In this document: one piece after another, positions 52,420-64,000 of the stretch
Numbering within the stretch: the first letter of the stretch is position 1
Layout: each line of letters opens with the position of its first letter
Assembly: GCF_006345805.1 (NCBI RefSeq)
Contig: NC_043006.1
Coordinates: 58,404,001 to 58,468,000, forward strand
From: Octopus sinensis
Lineage: Eukaryota
Reading direction: 5' to 3'
Length of the DNA stretch: 64,000 nt
Position numbers and translations under genes: made by a program
Notes under the pieces: generated by a model
Database searches by the model: none
What the model saw: the letters and a program-made list of their open reading frames with translations, nothing else
What the model was told of the DNA's origin: nothing

Positions 52420-52809
52420 GGATGGATGGAAGCACTCCGTCGGTTCCGACGACGAGGGTTCCGGTTGATCCGATCAACGGAACAGCCTGCTCGTGAAATT
52501 AACGTGTAAGTGGCTGAGCACTCCACAGACACGTGTACCCTTAACGTAGTTCTCGGGGATATTCAGCATGACACAGAGAGTGACAAGGCCGGCCCTTTGA
52601 AATACAGGTACAACAGAAACAGGAAGTAAGAGTGAGAGAGAGTTGTGGTGAAAGAGTACAGCAGGGATCACCACCATCCCCTGCCGGAGCCTCGTGGAGC
52701 TTTTAGGTGTTTTCGCTCAATAAACACTCACAACGCCCGGTCTGGGAATCGAAACCGCGATCCTACGACCGCGAGTCCGCTGCCCTAACCACTGGGCCAT
52801 TGCGCCTCC
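52420..52809 (-). mobile_element. Full-length SINE family B
   Basis: 11-bp TSD GATATTCTAAT at 52409-52419 and 52810-52820; (TCCA)n tail. Confidence 0.92.
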
Positions 52810-53059
52810 GATATTCTAATAAGAGGTAGGTGTTTATATGTTTTTTGAAGCATGTGTGTGTGTAGTGGAAGAGTAGTGACGAAGTATAGTGGTGATGTGG
52901 TTGGTTAATGTGTAGGTATGTATACATTCATGTATGTATGTATATACGTATGTGTGTGTACACATATAAATATGTAAATATATGTAAATATGTAAATATA
53001 TGTAAATATGTAAATATATGTAAATATGTGTGTATATAACAAAACATTTATGACGAATT

Positions 53060-53395
53060 AAAGCGGAACTTACAGTTCTTGTACCCTGACTATGAATTCT
53101 CATTTGCACCTATCATCATCGGTGCATTAGGTTATGTACCAACAAATTTGTACAAAAGCCTAGAAATACTCAGTTTCGCGAAGAAAGAGCGAAAGAAAGT
53201 GACGCAGATCTTCCAAATCCAATTTATTAGTAGCACAGCAAAGATTTGTGGGGTCAACCAACAGACCAAATCAACCGCATATTTACAAATACCTGGAAAC
53301 CTCTTAACTCAAAAAGATTTGTCGCTTTGTTAGCGACTGGCTTGAACTCTCTCAAGAAGAAAAATGAAAGTAAAAAAGAATCATACATACATACG
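53060..53395 (+). mobile_element. 3' fragment of an R4-clade LINE ending in (CATA)n
   Basis: RNLQFLYPDYEFSFAPIIIGALGYVPTNLYKSLEILSF; ends AATCATACATACATAC. Confidence 0.75.
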
Positions 53396-54224
53396 TAGAT
53401 GTACCTTACAAACATTCTAAAAATGATACTTCCATTGGATTAGATATATTGGCGTAGAGACGTTTAGAGAAATATTAGTAACCTATTTCTAAAGAGTTGA
53501 GTATTTTCTACAAGAATTATAAAAACTTTTACAGGATATTAAAGAAATATTGTTTTTTTAGGAAAGATATCTTTGTAGTTATAAAGAGCAAGAACAAAAC
53601 CAATATGCTACTAGATAAATGTAAGTAGAAAAGGCATAATTTCGACTAATAAAATGCTTTTATATAATACTATATTAGGAGTGAAGTTGGACTTCAATTC
53701 TCAAGCATAGTCTGATATCCACAGATTAAATTAGATGTTCGTTAATCTTTTTTTTTTTTTTGGCGGGGGGGGACTTCGTGGTGTACAAGAGACCAATTCT
53801 TCGCAATCCTCCGGGGCAACGCCTTTTCCGTTTTGTCAACTGGGATCATGAGACGGTCTGAATTATACAGAGTAGGAATAAATAAAGAAATTTGATTGCA
53901 ACGAAGAATCTTCTACATTAAAGTCATTATCTTCTTTTAACAAAAAAAAACTGATATTAAGCTAAATTTTTAACAAGAAGAGGATACAGAATAACATGGA
54001 TGACAATGAGATTCAAAAATTGGATAAGAAACAAACAGTTGAATATGAGTGGTATGGACTTGAAGTCAAGAAAAAGACAGAGTGGGATTTATAAAAAAAA
54101 AAACATTGCTGTATTTCGTAACAGGATTTTAGGAGAGAGAAAAAACTATTTTACGGTAAAACGTTTAGAAAAAGCTCCATAGAACACTATCGTTTCTCAT
54201 ACTTGTCTTTTATCTTTTACGCTT

Positions 54225-54445
54225 TTGGCCATGGACTGCGGCCATGCTGGAGCACTGCCTTGACAAGTTTAATCGACCAAATCGACACCAGTACTTATCT
54301 TTAAATCTAGTACTTATTCTCCTTGGTCTCCTTTGCCGAACAGTTATGTTACGAAGATGTAAACAAATCAAAAGCGGTTGTCAAGTAGGATAAGCACAAA
54401 ACGAAGACGCACCTCCACACACACAGACACAGACACACAGATACA

Positions 54446-54496
<51 letters not shown>

Positions 54497-55295
54497 GCAC
54501 ACACACACACACACACACACACAAGCACGCACACACACACACAAACATATATGACAAGCTTCCAAACAGTTTCCGCCTGCCAAATTCACTCACAAAGCGT
54601 TTGTCAGCCCGAACATATAGTAGAAAATACATGCCCAAGATACCACTTGGCAACTAGTGTTGACTTGCTTACATCTTTATGACATAGCGGTTCAGCAAAA
54701 AAGACCAATAGAATAAGCACCTGACTTAAAAATAAGTCCTAAGATCGATTTGTTCGACTAAACCCTTCAAGGCGGTGCCCCAGCTTGGCAGCAGTCCAAT
54801 GACTAAAGCAAGTAAAAGATGAAAGATAAGTATGATTATTATTAAAACAAAGACGCAGGAGTGGCTGTGTGGTAAGTAGCTTGCTTACCAGCCACATAAT
54901 TCTGATTTCAGTCCCACTGCGTGGCACCTTGGGCAAGTGTCCTCTACTATAGCCTCGGGCCGACCAAAGCCTTGTGAGTGGATCTGGTAGACGGGCAACT
55001 GAATGAAGCCCGTCGTATATGTGTGTGAGTGTGTGTGTGTGTGTGTGCGTGTGTGTGCGCGCGCGCGCGTATGCTTGTGTGTCTGTATTTGCCCCCCCCC
55101 ACATCGCTTGACAACCGATGGTGGTAAGTTTACGTCCCCGTAACCTGGCGGTTCGGCAAGAGAGACCGATAGAATAAGTACTAGGCTTACAAAGAATAAG
55201 TCCTGGGGTCGGTTTGCTCGACAAAAGGCGGTGCTCCAGCAGGGCCGCAGTCAAATTACTGAAACAAATAAAGAGAATGAAAAAAAATTAAAAAA
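54225..55295. mobile_element. Three SINE-D pieces: minus 54225-54545, plus tail 54740-54830, full plus copy 54856-55295
   Basis: CORE-like GGCACCTTGGGCAAGTGTCCTCTACTATAGCCTCGGGC, internal (GT)n, and GGCGGTGC.CCAGC tail. Confidence 0.85.
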
Positions 55296-56164
55296 GATTA
55301 AAGAAAGCGCACTGTATCGATTATGTTTGAATGTGAAGATACATTGGAGAAAGGAATGAATGAAAAACAATTATTTATGACGATTGCCATTTATTTAATA
55401 TGAATAATAATGTCGTTACAATATCACAAAAAAAGGACGCCGTCGCGTCGTTGTTTGTTGCTGTAAAAATATATTCTATAGATCGATAGCTCATTCTGTG
55501 TAGGGGCTAGATACATCTCTGTGCTGCTAGAGAGAAGGAAATGATGAGATTTGTATAGTCAAACAGTGAGTATAGAAAGTGATGTCCCTCTCTTCATTCT
55601 GTACCGGGGTGCTCATTGATCAGAGGCAGCGACCAAAAAGGCTGGAAGCTATTTGGCTCGCGCATTTATATTGTTGCTAATTAAAGTCGGTCAAGCTAAA
55701 ACAAAAGCTTGTCCAGAATTGCCATTTCATGACCGGAAAAGGTCTTAGAGGTTAACTCATTCGCATAAATTTCTATGTCCAGAGGAGAGAGAACAAAAGG
55801 TCGGAAATTTGTTTGATAATTAATAAAACTGTGAATTCGATTTCGATCGCTGAAACGTTCTTTTTCTAAGTGCCATGCGCCTATCCATACAGCTATACCT
55901 GTATCTTGTGTACATCAAAATAATGAACACTTTTATCAAGACGCACTAACCTTACAATGTTTGTGAACCACCAAGTTAGAGACTTCAATACCAAAAAGGA
56001 TGATAACTGAATATTATCTTGTCAGAAAATGCTTCTCTGAATGCTACACAAGACAAACGCTACTTCGATCTCAGATAACAAAGCACTGCAAGCTAAACCG
56101 CACACAAGCGTTTGTCCATTACCTATCCTACACCCATACACATACACATCCAGATTCTTTCCTA

Positions 56165-56565
56165 CTCAGGCACAAAGCCCGAAATTTTGGGGGAGGGGAC
56201 CAGTCGATTAGATCGACTCCATTATGCAACTGGTACTTCTTTTATCGACCCCGAAAGAATGAAAGGCAAAGTCGGCGGAATTTGAACTCAGAACGTAAAG
56301 ACAGACGAAATACCGTCCAGTGTGCTAACGTTTCTTATTTATTTATTGCCCACAAGGAGCTAAACATAGAGGAGACAAACAAGGAAAGACAAAGGGAGTA
56401 AGTCGATTACATCGACCCCAGTGCGTAACTGGTACTTAATTTAACGACCCCGAAAGGATGACAGGCAAAGTCGACCTCGGCGGAATTTGAACTCAGAACG
56501 TAAGGGCAGACGAAATACCGCTACGCGTCTTGCCCGGCATTCTAACGTTTCTGCCAGCTCGCTTG
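56165..56565 (-). mobile_element. Two tandem SINE-A copies
   Basis: Family motifs. Confidence 0.85.
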
Positions 56566-57812
56566 ACGTCAGTCTCGATGTGCCTTGCTTGTAGAGGTAA
56601 TTCCTATGAATCTGTATGTGTTCAATTATTTTTTGAATGCTGCTTAAAGAACAACTTTATACTGCCATTTGATCATGCTAATTCGTACGTTTTTGTTTGT
56701 GTTGTTTTTTTGTTTTTAATTACTCTGACACTTGCCTCGTTGACAAAGATAGCAAATATTTCCAGTGATGTTCGACTGATTTCAAATAGTAAATTTCGTG
56801 TCAAGAATCAAGGGAATTTGATATTGCTTTTGCATGAATGATCCAGTAAAGAGCAAAGGAACACCTATGCTTTAGTGATATCAACCGTTATATCGTAATA
56901 ATAATGGGAATTTTTGTTGTTGTTTTTTTGTTTTTTTGTTTTTTCTTTAACTTTTTCCTCATAACGTGTTTGACCTTATAGCACTTGAGATACTGTATAT
57001 AGGATGCGAAAAAGTTATTCACATACAAGCGAGCGCTCGCACGCACATACACACTCACACATTTGTGTGTGCGTGTGTGAGCCGTCTAAGAGTCCAGACG
57101 TTAGTAAAAATGCACTCGTATATCTGTCAGTAGAGTTGATATATTAATCGAAGTGTACAGCATTATATACCCATCTCTGCTAGTATGCAGTATAAAGATT
57201 TATCAGTCTCCGTAATCTTTATAATTGTTTGAAATTTACTTTAATAATCCAGGGAAGCGAACCTGGAGTTACCCATCGGAAGAATTACAGCGGGATTACT
57301 AATACTTAGTGATCATTGATGCTTAGTAGCACTTGATGCATGCTACTATCTTTGCAATTTCGGCTGGTTATACTCCAGACTGCTCCAACCTGGCCAGCCC
57401 CAAGGCAAAACTAAGCTAAGAGCACTAAATTCCTTGGAAGAAAGCAGCGAATGTATACGAAAGCAAGGACAGAAGAAAAAACAGAGAAAGTTAAAACAAA
57501 TACAAATAACAGGACATAACAACAGGTGTCTTTCGACTAAGGACGAATTAAATTAAGCTCGCGTGTGTGGAAGTAAAGCCTTACGGCAGGGATACAAGAT
57601 TTTACAGGCACAGGGATGTATATAGATGTTGCACGGACAACAGTCGAACCAAGAAAGAAAGGTCAGGCTTGGCCGAACACCGGTCACGTGGGGGGAGAAG
57701 AGAAAGAGAGGTAGAGGCAAGGAGACAATAAATAAGGAGGGGCGAGAAATATATATATATATATAATTATATATATAATTATATATATAATTATATACAT
57801 ATATATAATGTT

Positions 57813-57855
57813 CAGTGACTTCCAAGTTTCGGCCAGCTATGCCCTCACTGGACTG
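57813..57855 (-). other. Hammerhead-shaped relic with non-canonical core CCAGUGA
   Basis: CAGT-CCAGTGA-GGGCATAGCTGGCC-GAAAC-TTGGAA-GTC-ACTG. Confidence 0.45.
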
Positions 57856-58492
57856 TGCAATGATGGCTTATCTGTCTGAACCTTCGAAGTCACTATCAAT
57901 ACTATTCTTATTAAAGAATAATAAATTCGTACTCTACCAATTTAATGAAAAATTGTTTTTATTATAACATAAAAGCTAATGTGCGCGCGCGTGTGTTTGT
58001 ATGTATATATATAATATAGCATGCTAGAAGCCTCAGCCTTGGCCAAAGTCGTACTTACTTCTCAGTGGTGACAGAAAATCAATATTTGATAGTCTTCCGC
58101 GATTTTAGACATTAGTGTACTGGTACATGGTGCAACAGTAAAACCATCGACATTTTACAACACTATTTAGTGTGGCGCCAGTAACGTTAGGCAGGTAGTA
58201 ATGGTCTTTTCATGTAGCAAGTATTTTATTTATTTATTTTCAGTTATCATCATGGTTTGGGCCGGGACACACCGCATGTTTGCTGCTAAAATGTTTATTA
58301 ATAAGAATATATTTGGGAGGAATTTTTGTTGCACTCTGTATTTCTCTGTGATACTTGTCAGTCACGAAATTACACGCACACACACAAACATACATACACA
58401 CATCAATAAAATATATGAATATATTGAATCCATATTAATTGTATGCGTACACACAAATACACACACGCACACATGTGTATGTATATGTGTGT

Positions 58493-58494
<2 letters not shown>

Positions 58495-58587
<93 letters not shown>

Positions 58588-59050
58588 TCAGGTCATCCCA
58601 TAGGTTCTGTCTGAATTTTGGATAAAGTAAACAAGTGATCAAATGTTATATTTAATTGAAATTTAATCATCAATGTACTTTCCCTTCCCTAATTATCTAT
58701 GATTTCCTTCCGTCCATTTACAAGCTTTTTAATCCCATCAATGTAAAACTCTTCTGGTTTCAAAGCGAAGAACTCTGAAATGTCAGTTTCCACCTCCTCC
58801 TGGCTTGCGAAAGTTATGTCCCCCAAATGATTCTGTAAACTATGAATTCAACTCTCTACATCCTGCGGCAAGTCCTCTGTGATTTTTTTTGTAAAATTTA
58901 CAGTGTGTATGTATGTATGTATGTATGTATGTATGTATGTATGTATGTATGTATGTATGTATGTATGTACGTACGTACGTATGTATGTATGTATTTATGT
59001 ATGTATGTATGTATGTATGTATGTATGTATGTATGTATGCATGTATGTAT
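58495..59050. repeat. (GATA)n 58495-58586, mariner 3' end 58587-58850, (TATG)n 58906-59050
   Basis: Direct reading; minus strand SLQNHLGDITFASQEEVETDISEFFALKPEEFY. Confidence 0.9.
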
Positions 59051-61335
59051 GTGCACATTTGTATGTTTTGTTTCATGTATGTATTCTCATGCATATATTT
59101 ACATGTCTAGACATGTTCATATATACTTAAATAATAAACTTCTGGAAAGTTTTACAGATTTTTACAGTTCCAGTGAGAGGTTGGATCGGCAGTCATCGAA
59201 TCAACTTTCTCCTTTCTCGTTTTGAGAAGCCTAATTTCTCAAGATTGGTATTTAGGCAGTGTGACACATATCCCAGTTCCTCAATAATTACAGGTATAAA
59301 TCTGAACTTGTAATCTGGATAGAACAGCTGTAGCTTCCTCAATAGTTCAGCGTAGGCATTTTATTTTTTGCTGATATTTAGCTTTATGTTAGCATCCGCT
59401 GGGCAGCTGATTTCCACAACTGTACACCGTTTCTCTTCTCTATCCCAAATTACTATGTCAGGTCTATTATGTTTAGATTTTATTGAGGTTTTCACTGGGA
59501 TATTCCACCAGTACTCCTTTTTATTATGAGTGGCTATGGTTTCTACCATACTGTTAGTTCTTATTTCTTTGACTTCGGGGTTTTCCTTCCGATGGATCTC
59601 ATTATACAGTGTGGATGTATGTCTCTTTTATTTTTTAATTATTATAAATCTTCCACTGAGGAGGGAGTCAGTTTCCTACAAAGATACAAGACTCCATCTT
59701 TGGGATGTAGATAACGCAGACAAATTCATATTTGGAACTTGAGAAAAGTTTCGCATATTTCTACTGTTCCACTCACAGATTGCACTTGTAATGTACGTCT
59801 TAGCCAGTCGATTTCGCTTTCTGAAAATTCCAGATAATCCAAATTCTTCTTTAAGCATTTACTAACAAAACCTAACAATTGCAGCGTGGTAGGTGTTTAT
59901 AAGCCATTTAAGAAACACACAAAAGCCGTTCGATTCACTTCAACATTTAAGTTTAATTTGTCAAAATATTTTCGTCGCTAAAATCCGCGACCTGTTCACT
60001 GACAAAAATCCGTGCTGCATCTCAGTGAACAGGTCACGGATTTTAGCGACGAAAATATTTTGACAAATTAAACTTAAATGTTGAAGTGAATCGAACGGCT
60101 TTTGTGTGTTTCTTAAATGGCTTATAAACACCTTCCACGCTGCAATTGTTTTCGTTTCAGCACACGATCTCAGATCAAATTACTTGCTATGCGAGTACAT
60201 CTCCGTAATAACAAAACCTAGTGCTCCACTTATTATTGGTATGAATATGAATTCATAGCCTGGATATAGAAGCTGGAGATTTCGAAACAGTTGTCCATAG
60301 ATATCCTCTTTTGCTTTGATTTTCAAAGAGCTGTTTGAATCTGCAGGGCAGCTGACCTTTATGACCTTTGCCCCTCTGTCCCAAACAACAATATCAGGCC
60401 TGTTATGTTTAGATTTAACAGAAGTTTTGATGGGAATATTCCACCAGTATTCCTTGAGTTGGTAATTACGAATGTATTCCATAACAGAGTGATTTTCTGA
60501 GTTTATTTCAGGACAGTCTTTTTTGTGAATGGCATTGTAAACTGTTTTACCGACAACATCATGCCGCATAGGGAGGTAGTACCGTGACAACATTTTAGGA
60601 CAGCTGCTAATCACATGCGTGATGTCTTCCACAGAAACATGACATAGACTACAGACGTAGTTGTACCTTGGGATTACAAGAGTGTCACTGTCTCTCTCGT
60701 TCACCAGGTACTTTGTGGCAATCTCCTGATCCTGGATTGCAAACGCATAGCCTTCCAAGTGTGATGTGATGTAGCGATTTTGTGTCCAAGAGAAGCTGCG
60801 CTTTGTGTCAATTCTACAGTCTTCTTCAAATTTCTGGGCAACATACCCATGCATAGTCTTTTTCTTCTTTTGTATAATGCGTGCTTTCGATCCGGGTCTT
60901 CTCTGAGGTAAGAGAGCCTAGCTGTTTTGGGGCTGTATAGGAGATCATCAGGAAGAGAGTGCTTCATGAGAATCCCACTGCAAACTCACTTTTTAGCATC
61001 TGTATATTTATTTTTGCTGGTGTCGTTCATCAGGTGCTGCCTAGGTGATACCATACGGCATTCGAAGGCCGTCTGCATTGATCTCAGACCTCTACCACCA
61101 TTTCTTCTTAGGTAGAGCCTATCAACATCACTGTTTCTGTGAAAGTTCCCAGTTGATGTCAGGATTTTGTGGGTTTTGATATCTATGGAGTGGATTTCCT
61201 CTACTGACCAATCAAGTATCCCAAATGTTGGGATCAGCACTGGTACTGCAAATGCATTGTGAGATATTGTTTTGTTGTAAGAGGAGTTCCGACTGCCATA
61301 TTTTCCTAAGTCTGGTGTAATATTCTCGGGTCACT
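59051..61335 (-). mobile_element. Two tandem 5'-truncated R4-clade (REL) LINE copies: 59051-59545 and ~59600-61335
   Basis: SDVDRLYLRRNGGRGL; CSLCHVSVEDITHVISSCP (CCHC); HNRPDIVVWD; VEISCPAD; PIISGALGFV. (CATA)n on both outer sides. Confidence 0.9.
59875..60208. mobile_element. 334-bp palindromic insertion with 12-bp TSD
   Basis: Arms 59875-60002 and 60022-60149 (2 mismatches, 19-nt loop); TSD TAACAAAACCTA at 59863-59874 and 60209-60220. Confidence 0.92.
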
Positions 61336-61353
61336 CTATCAATACATACATAC

Positions 61354-61388
<35 letters not shown>

Positions 61389-61452
61389 TGTATGTATGTA
61401 TGTATGTATGTATGTATGTATGTATGCATGCATGTATGTATGTATGTATGTA
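61336..61452. repeat. (TATG)n microsatellite
   Basis: Direct reading. Confidence 0.96.
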
Positions 61453-62100
61453 TTGATATGTACGTTAAGATATGTATATATAAATATTATTAACATTTTC
61501 AATTATTCATGATCTATTTACAATTTTTTTACTCATTCGGTTTTCAATCAACCAACCGTAACTGGGACAAAGAAATTCAAATTTGTTAACCAATTAGATT
61601 TAGCTTATGATTAAAAATAATCGCTCCCCAGTCCCCGATAGATTTGAACCACTAAAATATTAATAAATAACGAATAGCAAGACTCATGTAGCTTATCTCT
61701 TATCTCTTAGTATATGAACTTTTATTACGCAATATTCTGGGAAATAATATTATAAATATGGTGTTGTAATATGTATGTCTACTTTCGTTATGATAAAAAG
61801 GAAAAACAAATTTCATATAGGTATTGGTGTATATTTGTGCGTATATATATGCATGTGCATGTATTTGTTGCCCACATGCATGTACATATGTGTATACAGA
61901 ATAATAATGTAATAACTCTATATTAACTGTATGATATGTGAATATGTTGACTGTGATTTTAAAATTAATAAGATTACATCTTTCATAAATATCTGTTTAT
62001 ATTATATTATAGTATGCTATATATTTAAATTTCCTTTACTATGTATTGTGAAGTGAAGAATACACAGAATCTATTATTATTATTATTATTATTATTATCA

Positions 62101-62161
<61 letters not shown>

Positions 62162-62183
62162 TATCATCATCATCATTAATAAT

Positions 62184-62241
<58 letters not shown>

Positions 62242-63340
62242 GGACTGCAAAAATATCTACTTCAGAAGGAAGGAAAACTGATACAAATAGCGGCAAAACA
62301 CGAGTAAAACAAAAAACTGTTCTCAGTATTTAAGGAAGCTGACAAATACAAACAAGAAATCATACCACCTAATAAATATGAAGAAGAAGAAGAAGATGAA
62401 GAAACAACAAAAGCTATAAAACAAATGAAATCCAAACTAAAAATAGAACAGCAACGAACCATGATAAAACGATGGCAAGAAAAGCCCTTTCGTGGTAAAT
62501 ACTGGACTAAACTAAACGCAAAAGAAATAGACAAAGAAAAATCCCAGCAATGGTTGAGAAGCTCAGGACTCAAAGCAGAGACAGAGGGATTTTTAATTGC
62601 AGCACAAGACCAAAGCCTCCCCACCAGAAATGACCAAAAACATGTAATGAAAAGAAATATAACAAGTAACTGCAGAATATGTGGAGATGGACAAGAAACA
62701 ATAAATCATATTATCTCTGGCTGCCCAGTCCTAGCTAAGAAGGAATATATTCACAGACATGACAGAGTTGGAACCTACATACATTGGAAGCTATGCCAAC
62801 ATTATGGAATAACAACAGAAAAAAGATGACATAGGCACACACCAGAAAAGGTCACAGAAAACGAGAAAGCAACCATACTCTGGGATATGCCGATACACAC
62901 AGATAGAGAAATTAAGGCCAACAGACCAGATATAGTTGTCAGAGATCATGAAGAAAAAAATGCTTTCTAATTGATGTATCAATACCGGCAGATGACAACG
63001 TGTCTCTAAAAGAAATGGAGAAACTCTCAAAATACAAAGACCTGGAAATAGAGGTAACCAGAATTTGGAATCTAAAAACAGAAACAATTCCTATCATAGT
63101 AGGTGCATTAGGCATGATAAAAAAATATTCAGACAAATGCATAACAAAAACACCAGGACTTACAAACACATATAACATACAGAAAATTGCACTACTAGGC
63201 ACTGCACACATCCTACGCAGAACACTTGCCATACAATACCCATCAGAGCATCACAACAAATCACAGCACATACCTAAGGCACACAGAGCTGCGCTCAGTA
63301 GTGAAGTGAAAGCACGCTATAAAAATAAAACTACTGAATG
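62242..63340 (+). mobile_element. 5'-truncated Dong-like R4-clade LINE embedded in (TAA)n
   Basis: AETEGFLIAAQDQ; CRICGDGQETINHIISGCP (CCHC); NRPDIVV...LIDVSIP...EKLSKYKDL (REL); (TAA)n at ~62176-62241 and 63341-63400. Confidence 0.93.
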
Positions 63341-63361
63341 ATAATAATAATAATAATAATA

Positions 63362-63402
<41 letters not shown>

Positions 63403-63547
63403 TATTATATGTGTACTCATGGATATGGATGTATATGTACGCTCCAGTATATATATAATTGTCTATATGCTTGTACGTATGTTTAATTATGTTTATTTAT
63501 ATATTTATATATTTATGTACACGTATATGTGTATATATTTGCTTATG

Positions 63548-63588
<41 letters not shown>

Positions 63589-63670
63589 AGATATATATTT
63601 ATATATATATATTAAATTGTGCGTGTATCTTGTTTCATGTATATACTTATATTTTGAACGTACTTTATAA

Positions 63671-63792
63671 TCTCTGACGAGGCCTATGGATATATATAAG
63701 TACCTCATTTTTAACTGCCTACCACCTCAATACACTTGACATGTATAGGCACAATAAGTTACTTTTTTCCATAGGCTGAAACAGCTGTAAGG
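63671..63792 (+). ncRNA. Hammerhead ribozyme with a 10-bp helix II enclosing a 77-nt structured loop
   Basis: TCT-CTGACGA-GGCCTATGGA-(77 nt)-TCCATAGGCT-GAAAC-AGCT-GTA-AGG; palindromic ACAGCTGT; GUA triplet. Confidence 0.8.
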
Positions 63793-64000
63793 GACTTTAA
63801 TGATTTTAATAATTTATATTAATGCTTTTTTAAATAACCTCTTTTATTCTTATCTTATATGCATTGAATTTTATATTGTATAAATGTATGTTATTATGGC
63901 TGTCGTTTTGATAAATAAATAAGTCAGCAGTCTAATATCCTAAAGCTGATAAACCAACTAAATTGTTTCTCCATTTTCTTATTTGTAATATAAATTATTG

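Noticed and set aside
57251-57302. Putative terminal exon (G)KRTWSYPSEELQRDY* resembling a neuropeptide precursor end
   Set aside because: A single GKR in 16 residues is too weak, and no upstream exon was found.

Overview
Eukaryotic, AT-rich, repeat-saturated DNA. The SINE and microsatellite repertoire looks like an octopus (coleoid cephalopod) genome; this is inferred from recalled repeat sequences, not from a search. I recognised no intact host gene and no prokaryotic system (no CRISPR, operon or rRNA). The window holds: one rearranged Gypsy LTR element; two Penelope-like elements (RT + GIY-YIG); two CR1-group LINEs; RTE and Tx1/L1 relics; several R4/Dong-clade (REL endonuclease) LINEs; Tc1, mariner, hAT and Helitron-like DNA elements; about 40 tRNA-derived SINE copies from about four modular families; and long microsatellites. 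Most ORFs in the track are microsatellite or antisense noise. The main layer the ORF track misses is non-coding: seven recognisable minimal type-I hammerhead ribozyme motifs plus degenerate relics. They include two U3:A8 core covariants, a divergent inverted pair, and one with a 77-nt insert in helix II. Other notable points are a (CATA)n-associated R4-clade family, a shared SINE/CR1 3' stem-loop, a 128-bp-arm palindrome inserted with a 12-bp TSD, and two internal inversions that can be reconstructed from sequence. All folds and alignments were done by eye, and many boundaries are approximate.
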